Source: Candidatus Magasanikiibacteriota bacterium (lineage in GTDB: Bacteria > Patescibacteriota > Patescibacteriia > Magasanikbacterales > UBA922). Taken from it: a stretch of DNA of 43,433 nucleotides. Both the position numbers and the translations under genes were made by a program. The stretch is from the NCBI GenBank assembly GCA_021648085.1, contig JAKITS010000001.1:1-43433 (forward strand), given 5' to 3'. A model generated the notes under the pieces. The model was not told where the DNA came from and did not search any database. It was given only the letters and a program-made list of their open reading frames with translations. Positions 1 through 9,344 of the stretch are shown one piece after another (the stretch's first letter is position 1; each line of letters opens with the position of its first letter).

Positions 1-220
1 TATTATTCTTTTTAGCCAAACTCTTCAAACGATTAAATATCATTCCTGGGTAAACTAGCTTTTCTTTAAATTCAGATACAGCTTTTTCTAATTCAGCTTT
101 AAGTTTTTTAGCATTATCAAGATCACCAGTTTCAACAGCTTTTTCAAATTCCAAAACAAAAGCATCTTTAAGAGTGGTCAATCTTTTATACTCCTCTTTA
201 ATTTGAACACATTTTGACAT
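1..220 (-). CDS. Partial CDS (5' part only, runs off window); near-identical paralog of the N-terminus of 229..1083
   Basis: 1..223 matches 864..1086 with one substitution seen (LEFEK vs LESEK); ATG at 220 just downstream of the 229..1083 stop. Confidence 0.85.
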   Translation of the reverse strand, partial: MSKCVQIKEEYKRLTTLKDAFVLEFEKAVETGDLDNAKKLKAELEKAVSEFKEKLVYPGMIFNRLKSLAKKNN

Positions 221-228
221 AGGCTTAT

Positions 229-1083
229 CTAATCCTTTTCATTAATTTTATCATAAAAAACATAATCTTTACCATCAAAAATGAATGGTTTCAATTTACC
301 ATCAACCCCCACATGCCCAGCCAAATCACCATTTGGTTGAGTGTGAATATCTTTTACATAATCAAACTCCTTCCTACCAATCCTACCAATAACCTTATCA
401 CCAACAAAAGGTTTCCATTTACGACCAATCTTCACACGCCCAGCCAAATCACCATTTGGTTGAGTGTGAATATCTTCTACACCATCAAACTCCTTCCCAC
501 CAATCCTATCAATAATCCTATCACCAACAAAAAGTTTCAATTTACCATCAACCCACACACTCCCAACCAAATCACCATTTGGTTGAGTGTGAATATCTTC
601 TACACTATCAAACTCCTTCCCACCAATCCTATCAATAATCTTATCACCAACAAAAAGTTTCCATTTACCATCAACCCTCACACTCCCAGCCAAATCACCA
701 TTTGGTTGGGTGTGAATATCTTCTACATCATCAAACTCTTTCCCACCAATCCTATCAATAATCTTATCACCAACAAAAGGTTTCCATTCACCATCAACCC
801 CCACACCCCCAGCCAAATCACCATTTGGTTGAGTGTGAATATTATTAGAATCTTGAATCTCAATATTATTCTTTTTAGCCAAACTCTTCAAACGATTAAA
901 TATCATTCCTGGGTAAACTAGCTTTTCTTTAAATTCAGATACAGCTTTTTCTAATTCAGCTTTAAGTTTTTTAGCATTATCAAGATCACCAGTTTCAACA
1001 GCTTTTTCAGATTCCAAAACAAAAGCATCTTTAAGAGTGGTCAATCTTTTATACTCCTCTTTAATTTGAACACATTTTGACAT
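229..1083 (-). CDS. Helical N-terminus plus 41-aa tandem-repeat (beta-propeller-like) protein
   Basis: 284-aa ORF; five copies of IHTQPNGDL(A/V)G, four complete units ending ...FVGDKIIDRIGGKEFDxVED. Confidence 0.85.
   Translation of the reverse strand: MSKCVQIKEEYKRLTTLKDAFVLESEKAVETGDLDNAKKLKAELEKAVSEFKEKLVYPGMIFNRLKSLAKKNNIEIQDSNNIHTQPNGDLAGGVGVDGEWKPFVGDKIIDRIGGKEFDDVEDIHTQPNGDLAGSVRVDGKWKLFVGDKIIDRIGGKEFDSVEDIHTQPNGDLVGSVWVDGKLKLFVGDRIIDRIGGKEFDGVEDIHTQPNGDLAGRVKIGRKWKPFVGDKVIGRIGRKEFDYVKDIHTQPNGDLAGHVGVDGKLKPFIFDGKDYVFYDKINEKD
285..842. repeat. 123-bp intragenic tandem repeat, about 4.5 copies
   Basis: GTGTGAATAT recurs at 341, 464, 587, 710, 833. Confidence 0.95.
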
Positions 1084-1087
1084 AGGT

Positions 1088-3766
1088 TTATTTAAATTTA
1101 TGCAAAGAATTATCTATTATAGTCTGCACACCTTGACCTGCTTTTTTAGGAAAAAGTTTTATAATTTCGGATACTAAATATTTAGCAACAACAGCAGGTA
1201 AATCATCTACATTTTCTATCAAAGCACCATAACTATAAGGTGGGTTGTCCATTACTTCACGAACATTTTGAGCTGTTTCTGTAAGACCTATGCCAACCAC
1301 AATAGTATTTAATTTACCAAGTTTTTTGGATAGCTCTTGCATCGTTTTAGTATCATTGTTAGTATAACCACCATCCGAACAGGCAATAACAAGTCGTAGT
1401 TTAGTGTCTTTTTTATTTTTAGTAGCTTCCTCGCTTTCACTTTTAATTTGCTCATAAACATATGCGAGTGCTGCTACATCACCATTACCACCACCAACAT
1501 TTGTTAAACTATGCCAAAGTTTCACTTTATCTTTTGAAGAAAATTCTGAAGAAAGTTGTTTGTCTAGATCTATTTCGTCTGGACCACTTCCACGAAAAGA
1601 AACTCCTTGTGTACGAACTGAAAGTGCATTTTTTTCTTGAAGGCTTGCGCGTTTTAAATTTCTGTGAAAACGATACAAAGAGGAAAAAATAAGATATTCT
1701 GCCTGTCTTTGCATCTTCCAAAGTGGTTTTCCGTCGACAGTACTGTGCATAGAACCAGATTTATCAGCAATTATATACAAATCAAACCCTCCTATAAATT
1801 CTTTTTCTTCTGTCTTTTCTTTTGGTTTTTCTCTAGATGCAGGGTCAGTTTCTCTTGCACGCACACCAATTGAGTGTCGAACTATATCTTCTATAGCTTC
1901 TCCTCCTTCTCGTCGTCTAACGGGTCCTTCATAGCCTGATACCAGTGTTTTGCGTGATTCTACTATTGTATTAAATAGGCGAGATAGAGCGTCGACAATT
2001 TTTTCACCATTTGGAAGTCTTGTGTTTTCTGCTTCGTGTATTTCTTTAACTATTTGCCGTGCTTCTTTGTGCTCTATACCTGCGTGTTCAGCTAGTTCAC
2101 GCTCTTCTTTTGTATAACTTAATTTTTCTGTATGTTCTTTTAGTTTTTCACGCAATTTTTCTAACTCTTCATTTGTTGGTCCAACAGCTTCTTGTTCGCC
2201 ATAATCTCCCGGAATGTTATCACTACTTTCTTCTTCTTCTTCGTTCTCTTCCAATTGACTATCTCCTGGAGGTGTTGCATCAACTCTTTTCCATTCCTTT
2301 TTCACCTCATCCCAAACTTCACTCCAACCATGTCCAGTCCCAGAATTTATATTCGATGCATTCTGCTCATCTTTGCCTTTTACACTATGACCAATGCAAT
2401 GTCTAATAGGAATATTTATTTTTGAACAAAGTGCTGCAAAATATGTATTTGCAACATCACAATCTGCTTTTTTAATTTCATCTACAGCACTAGAAAAACC
2501 TTTTTCGTGATTATTGTAAAATGAATTATAATAATCACTTTCTTCTTGGTCTTTTGGTGCAAGATAAGTAATGCGTTTTTTTACATATGAAGCAGTTGCA
2601 AAAGCTCTTGCTAAGTTTCCGCGTTTGTTTTTTTTAATATGCTCTAACTGATTATTAGTTTCTTCAGAAAACTCAGAAGGCATATTTGGCAATTTTATAT
2701 CTTCTTGTTTTGAAGTAAATCTTTTATCCAAATTTGGAGACAACACAACTGTTATATCTAATTCTTCTCCATCTCCATCAACAAAAATAATCAAATCACC
2801 ATTTTGATCTTTTTGTATTGAATAATTCTTACTTCCAGCTTCAATTTTGTGGAAACTGTGTGTATATGGGGTTGGTAAAGATGTCCACTTCCCACAAGTT
2901 ATTCGAGCACTCATTTTTAAATTTACCAATCCTTTTTTGAGATCCTCTTCTACACAAAGTGCCACCACCTCCACATCACTATAACTAGATTCACCTTCAG
3001 TCCATACATTTTTTGTATCATTCCATACTGAAAATGATCGTTCTTTGTAATATCCACCATAAGCTGGAGTAATTGACCAGATAGCGGGTACTTTTTCTCC
3101 TTCTTTTAGGCGTTCCATTGCGTCTACACCAGGTTTACTTTCGTTTTGTCTTTCTGGTGGTTTTGAGGGTGCTTTTTTTAATTGCTCTTCACGCCATTTA
3201 CGAGTATCATCATCCATAATATTACCATCTCGCTTGTCGATACTTCTTACGACAGATAAATAGTCCGTTAGTCTAGTTTTTATTCTGTTAGATTTTATTT
3301 TCCACGAAGTTTTTGGTGAAAACAAAACATCTAAATCTCCTGTTTTTAAAAGTATCTCTAGCTGTTCTGCTGTAGTTTTATGTTTTGGTGTGTAAGACTC
3401 TTCTATTAATTGGTGTGTCATAGCATTATAGAGGTCAGCTACTCTTGGAGAAAGTCGACTAAGTCCTATTTCTGTATTTTCTACGAATTCTTTTATAAGT
3501 TTGTTTTTTATTTCTTTAGAGTTCTTACTTTGTTTTATTATTGTAACTTCTTCAATAAGGGTGTGAAAAGTCCCAAATGGAGTTTGTTTGAGATCATCTC
3601 TAAAACTAACCAATGTTTCTATCTCACGATATGTTTCTAGTGTTTTTTCATAGTCATCACCATCGAGAACTTTATAATAGTCTTCGTGTAGTGCGTATTT
3701 AGGTGTAATCTCTGTTTGCTGTTCTTCTTCTGTTTGTGGGTATCGTCTTCCTTCTATTTTATTCAT
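1088..3766 (-). CDS. Transglutaminase-like (papain fold) domain plus C-terminal vWA domain protein
   Basis: Cys-His-Asp motifs ADCDVAN, GHGWSEVW, RVDATP; vWA MIDAS-type IADKSGSM and ACSDGG. Confidence 0.8.
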   Translation of the reverse strand: MNKIEGRRYPQTEEEQQTEITPKYALHEDYYKVLDGDDYEKTLETYREIETLVSFRDDLKQTPFGTFHTLIEEVTIIKQSKNSKEIKNKLIKEFVENTEIGLSRLSPRVADLYNAMTHQLIEESYTPKHKTTAEQLEILLKTGDLDVLFSPKTSWKIKSNRIKTRLTDYLSVVRSIDKRDGNIMDDDTRKWREEQLKKAPSKPPERQNESKPGVDAMERLKEGEKVPAIWSITPAYGGYYKERSFSVWNDTKNVWTEGESSYSDVEVVALCVEEDLKKGLVNLKMSARITCGKWTSLPTPYTHSFHKIEAGSKNYSIQKDQNGDLIIFVDGDGEELDITVVLSPNLDKRFTSKQEDIKLPNMPSEFSEETNNQLEHIKKNKRGNLARAFATASYVKKRITYLAPKDQEESDYYNSFYNNHEKGFSSAVDEIKKADCDVANTYFAALCSKINIPIRHCIGHSVKGKDEQNASNINSGTGHGWSEVWDEVKKEWKRVDATPPGDSQLEENEEEEESSDNIPGDYGEQEAVGPTNEELEKLREKLKEHTEKLSYTKEERELAEHAGIEHKEARQIVKEIHEAENTRLPNGEKIVDALSRLFNTIVESRKTLVSGYEGPVRRREGGEAIEDIVRHSIGVRARETDPASREKPKEKTEEKEFIGGFDLYIIADKSGSMHSTVDGKPLWKMQRQAEYLIFSSLYRFHRNLKRASLQEKNALSVRTQGVSFRGSGPDEIDLDKQLSSEFSSKDKVKLWHSLTNVGGGNGDVAALAYVYEQIKSESEEATKNKKDTKLRLVIACSDGGYTNNDTKTMQELSKKLGKLNTIVVGIGLTETAQNVREVMDNPPYSYGALIENVDDLPAVVAKYLVSEIIKLFPKKAGQGVQTIIDNSLHKFK

Positions 3767-3844
3767 ATAGTAAATTTTATTAAAATGTTTATTTTTATAA
3801 AGTATATAGTAAAAATAGTTTTTTTAGCAAACTTTTCATTGTTT

Positions 3845-3890
3845 TAAGATAATAAAAAAACACCAGATTTGGTGTTTTTTTATTATCTTA
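3845..3890. terminator. Perfect 21-bp inverted repeat; intrinsic terminator of rnpB
   Basis: TAAGATAATAAAAAAACACCA-GATT-TGGTGTTTTTTTATTATCTTA directly 3' of rnpB. Confidence 0.75.
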
Positions 3891-4490
3891 TTCATTGCGA
3901 TAAGCCGAATTTTGTATCTGCAAAGCAGATGATGATCATTTCTCTAGGCTTGTTGTTACCAACAAGCTCAAACGAACTACCTTTTCGAATTTCGCTCAAG
4001 GCGAGAAAACGCTGTTCTTTCTCCAGATAGGGTTTGCCGCCACTGCATATCACTATGCGTGGAGTATAGTAGTATTGATTCCAAGCTTAAGCTAAGAAAT
4101 TTGTAAAACAAATTTCAGTAAAATCAACACATCTATACACTTTTCACCTTTCACCATATAAAATGGCTAGTATTGTCTCTGTGGTACTATCCCTAGCAAA
4201 CTGTTGCCAGCCTGCCGGTGGGTGTTACCCATTATCTTTTTGGAACCTTTAAATAAATAAAATGTTCGTGTGGAGTTCGGACTTTCCTCCCTATTTGTGG
4301 GATTGTCATTAAATACCATTTCTATTGAAAACTTCAAATTTTAGCTGCGACTTCAAGAAAAAATATTTCCGCAGCTAAAGATGGGCAAAGATTTTTTCTT
4401 GTTGTCTCGCTTAAAATTTAGAAATTTCAATAACGAAAGCGTATTTAATGACAATCCCAGTTAACAAGGCGATCATCTACAATAAATAAG
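3887..4490 (-). ncRNA. rnpB: RNase P RNA, unusually long (~600 nt) because of insertions
   Basis: Minus strand has GAGGAAAGTCCGAACTCC (CR-I), AGTACCACAGAGAC, GGTGAAAAG, GGCAAACCC, AGAGAAATGATCATC and ACAAAATTCGGCTTAT (CR-V); termini CTTATTTATTG/CAATGAATAAG pair as P1. Confidence 0.93.
4298..4459. mobile_element. Palindromic insertion element in rnpB P3 (copy 1)
   Basis: 19-bp perfect outer stem (4298-4316/4441-4459) enclosing a nested palindrome homologous to 14295-14426. Confidence 0.8.
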
Positions 4491-4498
4491 ACCTTATA

Positions 4499-4527
4499 TT
4501 TATACCATATTTTAGTCCTTTTGTCAA
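4499..4527 (-). promoter_or_regulatory. sigma70-type promoter of rnpB
   Basis: TTGACA-17 nt-TATAAA with TG extension, about 8 nt before the predicted 5' end. Confidence 0.8.
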
Positions 4528-4534
4528 TAAATGA

Positions 4535-4563
4535 TTGACTTTTTTGTAAAAATAAGGTAATGT
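4535..4563 (+). promoter_or_regulatory. Divergent sigma70-type promoter for the orphan gene at 4602
   Basis: TTGACT-17 nt-TAATGT. Confidence 0.55.
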
Positions 4564-4601
4564 ATTTGTGTTGTTTAATCATTATAATAAAGGAGGTTAA
4601 A

Positions 4602-4832
4602 ATGAATAAACATGAGCTCTTTTTCGAGGGTAGTAACCTTCGAAATTTTAATGCAAAAAAAAATGAGAAAATTACTCTCACTTTGGCCGGGCACGGTCAA
4701 AGTGTTGTAGTTAGGTTTATTGTTAGATTACCAAACAATACAGGAATAATAGTTTTTTTTGAAGGTAAAAATATGAAATTAATTTGGAGTGAAATCACAA
4801 AAATTACAAAAACGGTAAAATTTAAAAGTTAA
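4602..4832 (+). CDS. Small hypothetical protein (76 aa)
   Basis: Strong SD AAGGAGG before ATG 4602; followed by a terminator. Confidence 0.7.
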   Translation: MNKHELFFEGSNLRNFNAKKNEKITLTLAGHGQSVVVRFIVRLPNNTGIIVFFEGKNMKLIWSEITKITKTVKFKS

Positions 4833-4837
4833 GTTTT

Positions 4838-4863
4838 AAAGCGGAGTAAAATCCGCTTTTTTT
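4838..4863 (+). terminator. Intrinsic terminator
   Basis: AAAGCGGA-GTAAAA-TCCGCTTT plus T run. Confidence 0.7.
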
Positions 4864-4915
4864 GTTCTTAAAATAAAAGAAGTGTATAATGTGTTTACTT
4901 AACAAAAAAATTATT

Positions 4916-5671
4916 ATGGATTTTGGTTTAATTATCTCTGCTTTTGTTGCAGGTTTACTTACTTTTTTTGCGCCGTGTACATTTCCACTTGTTCCTGCTT
5001 ATCTGGGTTTTATAAGTGGTGTTTCTGTAAAAGACATAAATAGTGAAAAAGAAAGAGAAAATGTAAGAAAGAAAATTTTTATAAACGGAGTTTTTTATGT
5101 TTTGGGGTTTTCTTTTATTTTTATACTTTTTGGAGTTTTGTTTGGGTTTTTAGGTTCAATACTTTCAGCTTATCAAACTTGGTTAAATAGGGTGGGTGCA
5201 CTTTTTATAATATTTTTTGGACTTTATTTGGTTGGATTATTTAAAATACCTTTTTTGCAAAAAGAAAAAAGATTAAATTTTACAAACAAGATAAAACCTG
5301 GAAAACCGCTAAGTTCTTTTATTTTTGGAATGAGTTTTGCTGTTGGGTGGACACCTTGCATAGGTCCTATTTTAGGAAGTATTTTTATTTTAGCTTCATC
5401 TTCTGGAACTGTTTTGCAAGGAACTTTCTTGCTTTTTGTTTTTGCTTTTGGATTGGCATTACCTCATTTGTTTATAGCCCTCAGTGTTGGGCATGCTACA
5501 AATTATGTTAGAAAATTATCAAAGTATTTAAATATAATTTCAATTGTTGGTGGTGTATTTTTGGTTTTTATTGGTATATTACTTATTACAAATAGTTTTG
5601 CTATTTGGACTACCTATTTTTTTAAACTATTCAATTTTATAGACTATGATAAATTGTTAAATTATCTTTAA
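4916..5671 (+). CDS. ccdA: Cytochrome c biogenesis CcdA / DsbD-family thiol-disulfide transporter
   Basis: FFAPCTFPLVPAY and GWTPCIGPILG motifs, multiple TM helices; TTGTTC-17-TATAAT promoter at 4862-4890. Confidence 0.88.
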   Translation: MDFGLIISAFVAGLLTFFAPCTFPLVPAYLGFISGVSVKDINSEKERENVRKKIFINGVFYVLGFSFIFILFGVLFGFLGSILSAYQTWLNRVGALFIIFFGLYLVGLFKIPFLQKEKRLNFTNKIKPGKPLSSFIFGMSFAVGWTPCIGPILGSIFILASSSGTVLQGTFLLFVFAFGLALPHLFIALSVGHATNYVRKLSKYLNIISIVGGVFLVFIGILLITNSFAIWTTYFFKLFNFIDYDKLLNYL

Positions 5672-5678
5672 ATCTATT

Positions 5679-6275
5679 ATGTCAAAAGAATTTTATATTT
5701 CAGTGGATATTGAAACCGCCGGAACTGTACCAGAAAAATATAGTATGCTTTCTGTTGGTGCTGTTATTGTTGGTCAAAAAGACAAGGAATTTTATAGAGA
5801 ATTAAAACCGGTTAATTTTAATTTTGAAAAAGAAGCTTTAGATGTTTGTAGAAGTTGTTTTTCCGAGGATACACAAGTGCACTTAAAAGAAATGGAGGAT
5901 AAAAAACCAAGTGATATACTTTATGCTTTGCAAGATGTGGGGCATGAACCTGGAGATGTGATGGAGGATTTTTTTTCTTGGGTAAAAGAAGTTTCACCAA
6001 AAGATGTTAGGCCATTATTTTTAGGCTATAACGCATCTTTTGACTGGCAGTTTATAAATGCGTATTTTAATAAATATGTAGGTGAAAATCCATTTCGGTA
6101 TGATCCGGTGGACATAAAAGCATATTATATGGGGAAAAATAAAATGCTTTGGACAGATATAAGTAAAAAGGCAATTCGCAGGAAATACGGTTTGAAAGAA
6201 AATCAATTACCACACAATGCACTGTTTGATGCAAAAGAACAGGCTGAAATTTTTGAAAGTATGTTAAATGAATAA
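5679..6275 (+). CDS. DEDDh 3'-5' exonuclease
   Basis: SVDIETAG, GYNASFDW and HNALFDA motifs. Confidence 0.85.
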   Translation: MSKEFYISVDIETAGTVPEKYSMLSVGAVIVGQKDKEFYRELKPVNFNFEKEALDVCRSCFSEDTQVHLKEMEDKKPSDILYALQDVGHEPGDVMEDFFSWVKEVSPKDVRPLFLGYNASFDWQFINAYFNKYVGENPFRYDPVDIKAYYMGKNKMLWTDISKKAIRRKYGLKENQLPHNALFDAKEQAEIFESMLNE

Positions 6276-6420
6276 GAGAACGATGAATCTCTTACGCCTG
6301 GTGGATCAAGAAAATGGTAGACTAAGCAGGTCAAGTAAAGAAAAAAATAGAAAAGCAAAAAACCTAAATATTTCATCTTGAGAGAAGCATAATGATCTCT
6401 GTAGTTTGGAATAAAAATAT

Positions 6421-6558
6421 GTCATCCTGAGCGAAATGGAGCAAGGCGGAATGAAGTCGAAGGATCTCGCAACAGAATAACCAGAACTCTAAATATTCAT
6501 AATTCTAATGATACTTTCCCGAGATATTTCGACTCAGTTTCACCATGCTCAATATGGC
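6421..6558 (+). repeat. REP/MITE-like family A element
   Basis: GTCATCCTGAGCG...GAAGGATCTC...GAGATATTTCGACTC...GCTCAATATG; homologous to 18909, 21168, 22346 and 41923. Confidence 0.85.
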
Positions 6559-6573
6559 ATACGGATTTTTTTT

Positions 6574-6660
6574 GTCATTCTCAGCTCGACTGGGAATTCA
6601 GAGTCTACAAAATAGAACAGTGATATAAACCATGGATCCTCAGTCAAGCTGAGGATGACA
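6574..6660 (+). repeat. REP-like family B element
   Basis: GTCATTCTCAGCTCGACTGGGAAT...GGATCCTCAGTCAAGCTGAGGATGACA; related copies at 32839, 32978 and 42075. Confidence 0.8.
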
Positions 6661-6675
6661 GACAAAATATAAAAT

Positions 6676-6702
6676 AAAAAAACACTGAATTTCAGTGCTT
6701 TT
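6676..6702 (-). terminator. Intrinsic terminator
   Basis: CACTGAA/TTCAGTG stem followed by a T run on the minus strand, right after the 6701 stop. Confidence 0.6.
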
Positions 6703-6997
6703 ACTTTTTGGGTTTAGTAGAAAAATTTTTATATAAACTCCACAATAAACAAAAAAGTAGTACAATTGAGAAAAAACAAATACCAATAATATAATGAGCT
6801 ACAACATCTTTTGTTGTAAAAATTTCCATCCAATAAATAAGAATGGGATAAAAGTAAAAAGCTAAAAGTCCACAGATAGTTAAAGTTTTATTAGTATTTC
6901 TTTCTTCTAGTTCTCTTATTTTTTCACTTAATTTTTTAACTTCATTATCTAATCGTCTTTCACTATACAAAATATCTTGGCGAGATCTTTTTCCCAT
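6701..6997 (-). CDS. Small 2-TM hypothetical membrane protein
   Basis: 98-aa ORF, SD AGGAG, own promoter TTGACA-17-TAATTT (7065-7037). Confidence 0.75.
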   Translation of the reverse strand: MGKRSRQDILYSERRLDNEVKKLSEKIRELEERNTNKTLTICGLLAFYFYPILIYWMEIFTTKDVVAHYIIGICFFSIVLLFCLLWSLYKNFSTKPKK

Positions 6998-7073
6998 TGT
7001 TTTTTCTCCTGTTTGAAAAGAACTGAATTTAGTGTTAAATTACAGTAATAAATCAATTTTGTCAATAAAATAT

Positions 7074-7508
7074 ATGAAAGATTTTTCTTTTGGAGTGGTT
7101 CCTGTTTTTAAAGAGGGTGATAAACTCTTATTTCTTCTTATTCAACATTTGCACGAAAAAGGTGGGCATTGGGCTTTTCCAAAAGGTCATCCGGAAGTTG
7201 GTGAGACAGAAATAGAATCTGCAAAAAGAGAGTTGGAAGAAGAAACAGGTGTAAAAGATGTTAAAATTATTGAGGGTCTAGAATTTTTTGAAAAATATTC
7301 TTTTGAGCAAGATGGAATTCACATAGATAAAACTGTAAAATATTTTGTAGGAATTGCAAATAGCAAAGATGTGACGAAACAAGAAATAGAGGTCGGTGAT
7401 TATGTTTGGCTTGAATTTGAAGATGCACTAGAAAAGATTACTTTTGTGGAAGGTAAGAAAATGCTAAAAAAAGTTGGCGAAAATATTGATAAAATAAACT
7501 CACTTTAA
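7074..7508 (+). CDS. NUDIX hydrolase (Ap4A hydrolase-like)
   Basis: Nudix box GHPEVGETEIESAKRELEEETG; WAFPKG. Confidence 0.9.
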   Translation: MKDFSFGVVPVFKEGDKLLFLLIQHLHEKGGHWAFPKGHPEVGETEIESAKRELEEETGVKDVKIIEGLEFFEKYSFEQDGIHIDKTVKYFVGIANSKDVTKQEIEVGDYVWLEFEDALEKITFVEGKKMLKKVGENIDKINSL

Positions 7509-8410
7509 AAAACAAAGAAGATGTAGCCAACAACAACGAGTAAAATTGCAGTTGTTTGTACAAATATTTCTCGACGAGTGAAGTATTCGCGGAATATTTT
7601 TGGTAAAAATTTTGTAAGAAGTAAAATAAATAAAAACATAAGTGCAAATTGTAAACCACTTAATGCCATTACAATAGTCACACTTCCAATTGCGAGTGCA
7701 TATTGAACCAAAAGGTTTGCCAAAACTCCCAAAATTTTTGTAACAATAATAAGTAGTGCAACATGTTTTTTGCCTTTTGTTTTTCGTTTTCTTTTTCTCT
7801 TTTTAAATGTTTTTAGAACTGAAGGAAAAAATAAAGTAATAATTCCAACCAAACCAGTTGTTCCGCGAGTCCAAACTATTCCTGTTAAAAATGGATAAAG
7901 CTCATAAATATATTTGGCACTAACATGCGAAAGTGCAAATAAAATCCCAGATCCTATTGCCCAAACAAAACCAATGTGAAAACCATTATGCTTGCGACTT
8001 TTTTCAAAAGATAGTAAAAATGAAGAGAAAATTAATATGCCAATTCCAAAAAGTTGAAAAGTTGAGAGCTGTTCGCTAAGTACAAAATATGAAATTATAT
8101 ATGTTGCAACAGTGATAATTCCACCAATAAAAGGGGAGATATGACTTGTCTCTCCTTTTTTGATTGCAATAAACATAAACCACAAAGCAAACCCAAAAGT
8201 GAGTCCAGAAAATAAAGCCCAAAACAGATGAACACCAAACAGGGTCTGAACTCCAAGTGGATAAAGTAGGAACACTGCCAGCAAAAAAATAGTTGAATAA
8301 AAAGTGTATACAACCGGTTTACTCACGGATTTGCTGAGAATTATTTTGTCCAAAATAAAAACAAATGCCAATAAAACATATCCAATTGTGGCGATGAGAA
8401 CTGAAAACAT
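7505..8410 (-). CDS. EamA/DMT family transporter
   Basis: About 10 TM helices in two repeats; likely start ATG 8410. Confidence 0.8.
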   Translation of the reverse strand: MFSVLIATIGYVLLAFVFILDKIILSKSVSKPVVYTFYSTIFLLAVFLLYPLGVQTLFGVHLFWALFSGLTFGFALWFMFIAIKKGETSHISPFIGGIITVATYIISYFVLSEQLSTFQLFGIGILIFSSFLLSFEKSRKHNGFHIGFVWAIGSGILFALSHVSAKYIYELYPFLTGIVWTRGTTGLVGIITLFFPSVLKTFKKRKRKRKTKGKKHVALLIIVTKILGVLANLLVQYALAIGSVTIVMALSGLQFALMFLFILLLTKFLPKIFREYFTRREIFVQTTAILLVVVGYIFFVF

Positions 8411-8517
8411 ATTTTTATTTGTTATGTTGATTTTATTATAGCAAAATATAGTATATGAAAGAAATTTAATTTTTTTGGTATACTTATTGAGAGCCATCAA
8501 AAATATAGGAGGGAACT

Positions 8518-8853
8518 ATGGGTATGGTAAAAAGAAAAGAAGCTCTTTTGATAAGTATTAGAATTAGTTTTTACCAAGGTGAAGACGAAGCTGGGCATGT
8601 TTATTTGTACATTATGACAAACGATTTAAATAAAAGACCTTTTGGTTTTATTGAAGATTTGTTTGTTGAAAATTGGGCTCGTGGATTAGGTTGTGGAAAA
8701 AAACTTATGGAAGAATTGGAAAAAGAAGCGGAAAAAAAAGATTGTTATAAAATTGTGGGCTGTTTTCGAAATTCTAAAACAGGTTTGATAAAATTTTATA
8801 AATCACTTGGTTATGATTGTGAATATGGTCGTGAGTTTAGAAAAGATTTATAA
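8518..8853 (+). CDS. GNAT family acetyltransferase
   Basis: IEDLFVENWARGLGCGKKLM acetyl-CoA motif, FYKSLGY; SD AGGAGG. Confidence 0.85.
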   Translation: MGMVKRKEALLISIRISFYQGEDEAGHVYLYIMTNDLNKRPFGFIEDLFVENWARGLGCGKKLMEELEKEAEKKDCYKIVGCFRNSKTGLIKFYKSLGYDCEYGREFRKDL

Positions 8854-8856
8854 AAT

Positions 8857-8884
8857 AAAAACCGCGTATAATTCGCGGTTTTTT
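8857..8884. terminator. Bidirectional terminator between convergent genes
   Basis: AAAAACCGCG-TATAATT-CGCGGTTTTT. Confidence 0.8.
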
Positions 8885-8899
8885 GTGCAATAATTTTAT

Positions 8900-9241
8900 T
8901 TATCCAAAACAGTCTGAGTCTATTGTTTGGTCTACAAAAACTACAAGCGGGTGTTTTTCTAATTTTTCAATTTGGGATTCCATTATACTTCCAATAAAAC
9001 TTATTATTTCTTGGTTTGATCCTGGAATTGAATTCATATCACTTCTTTCAAAAGCACCTTTTTCTTCTTCTATAAGTCTGTGGGTTAAAAAAGTTTTCAT
9101 TTTAGCAACTCTAAAAAATTTTAAAGTGGAAAAACCTTGTATATTATTTCTTACAAAATACAATAAATTTTTAGTTGTATGCGGATTTTTAAAAAGATCT
9201 TTTGGGACTAAAACCCAAATACTAATATGGCATATTCTCAT
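8900..9241 (-). CDS. Hypothetical protein
   Basis: SD GGAGG before ATG 9241; promoter TTGACA-17-TATCAT (9290-9262). Confidence 0.7.
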   Translation of the reverse strand: MRICHISIWVLVPKDLFKNPHTTKNLLYFVRNNIQGFSTLKFFRVAKMKTFLTHRLIEEEKGAFERSDMNSIPGSNQEIISFIGSIMESQIEKLEKHPLVVFVDQTIDSDCFG

Positions 9242-9344
9242 TTTATCCTCCAAATATATTTATGATATGCTTTGACTTTTGTTTTGTCAATTTCTTTTAT
9301 ATGGAAAATCGTATATAATATATAAAAAGATTATAAATATATTT

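Noticed and set aside
313..921. 202-aa plus-strand ORF
   Set aside because: Antisense shadow of the 123-bp repeat gene, kept open by the repeats; no start signals
6276..6420. Possible structured RNA after the exonuclease gene
   Set aside because: Only weak pairing (CCTG/CAGG) and a degenerate REP half; insufficient support
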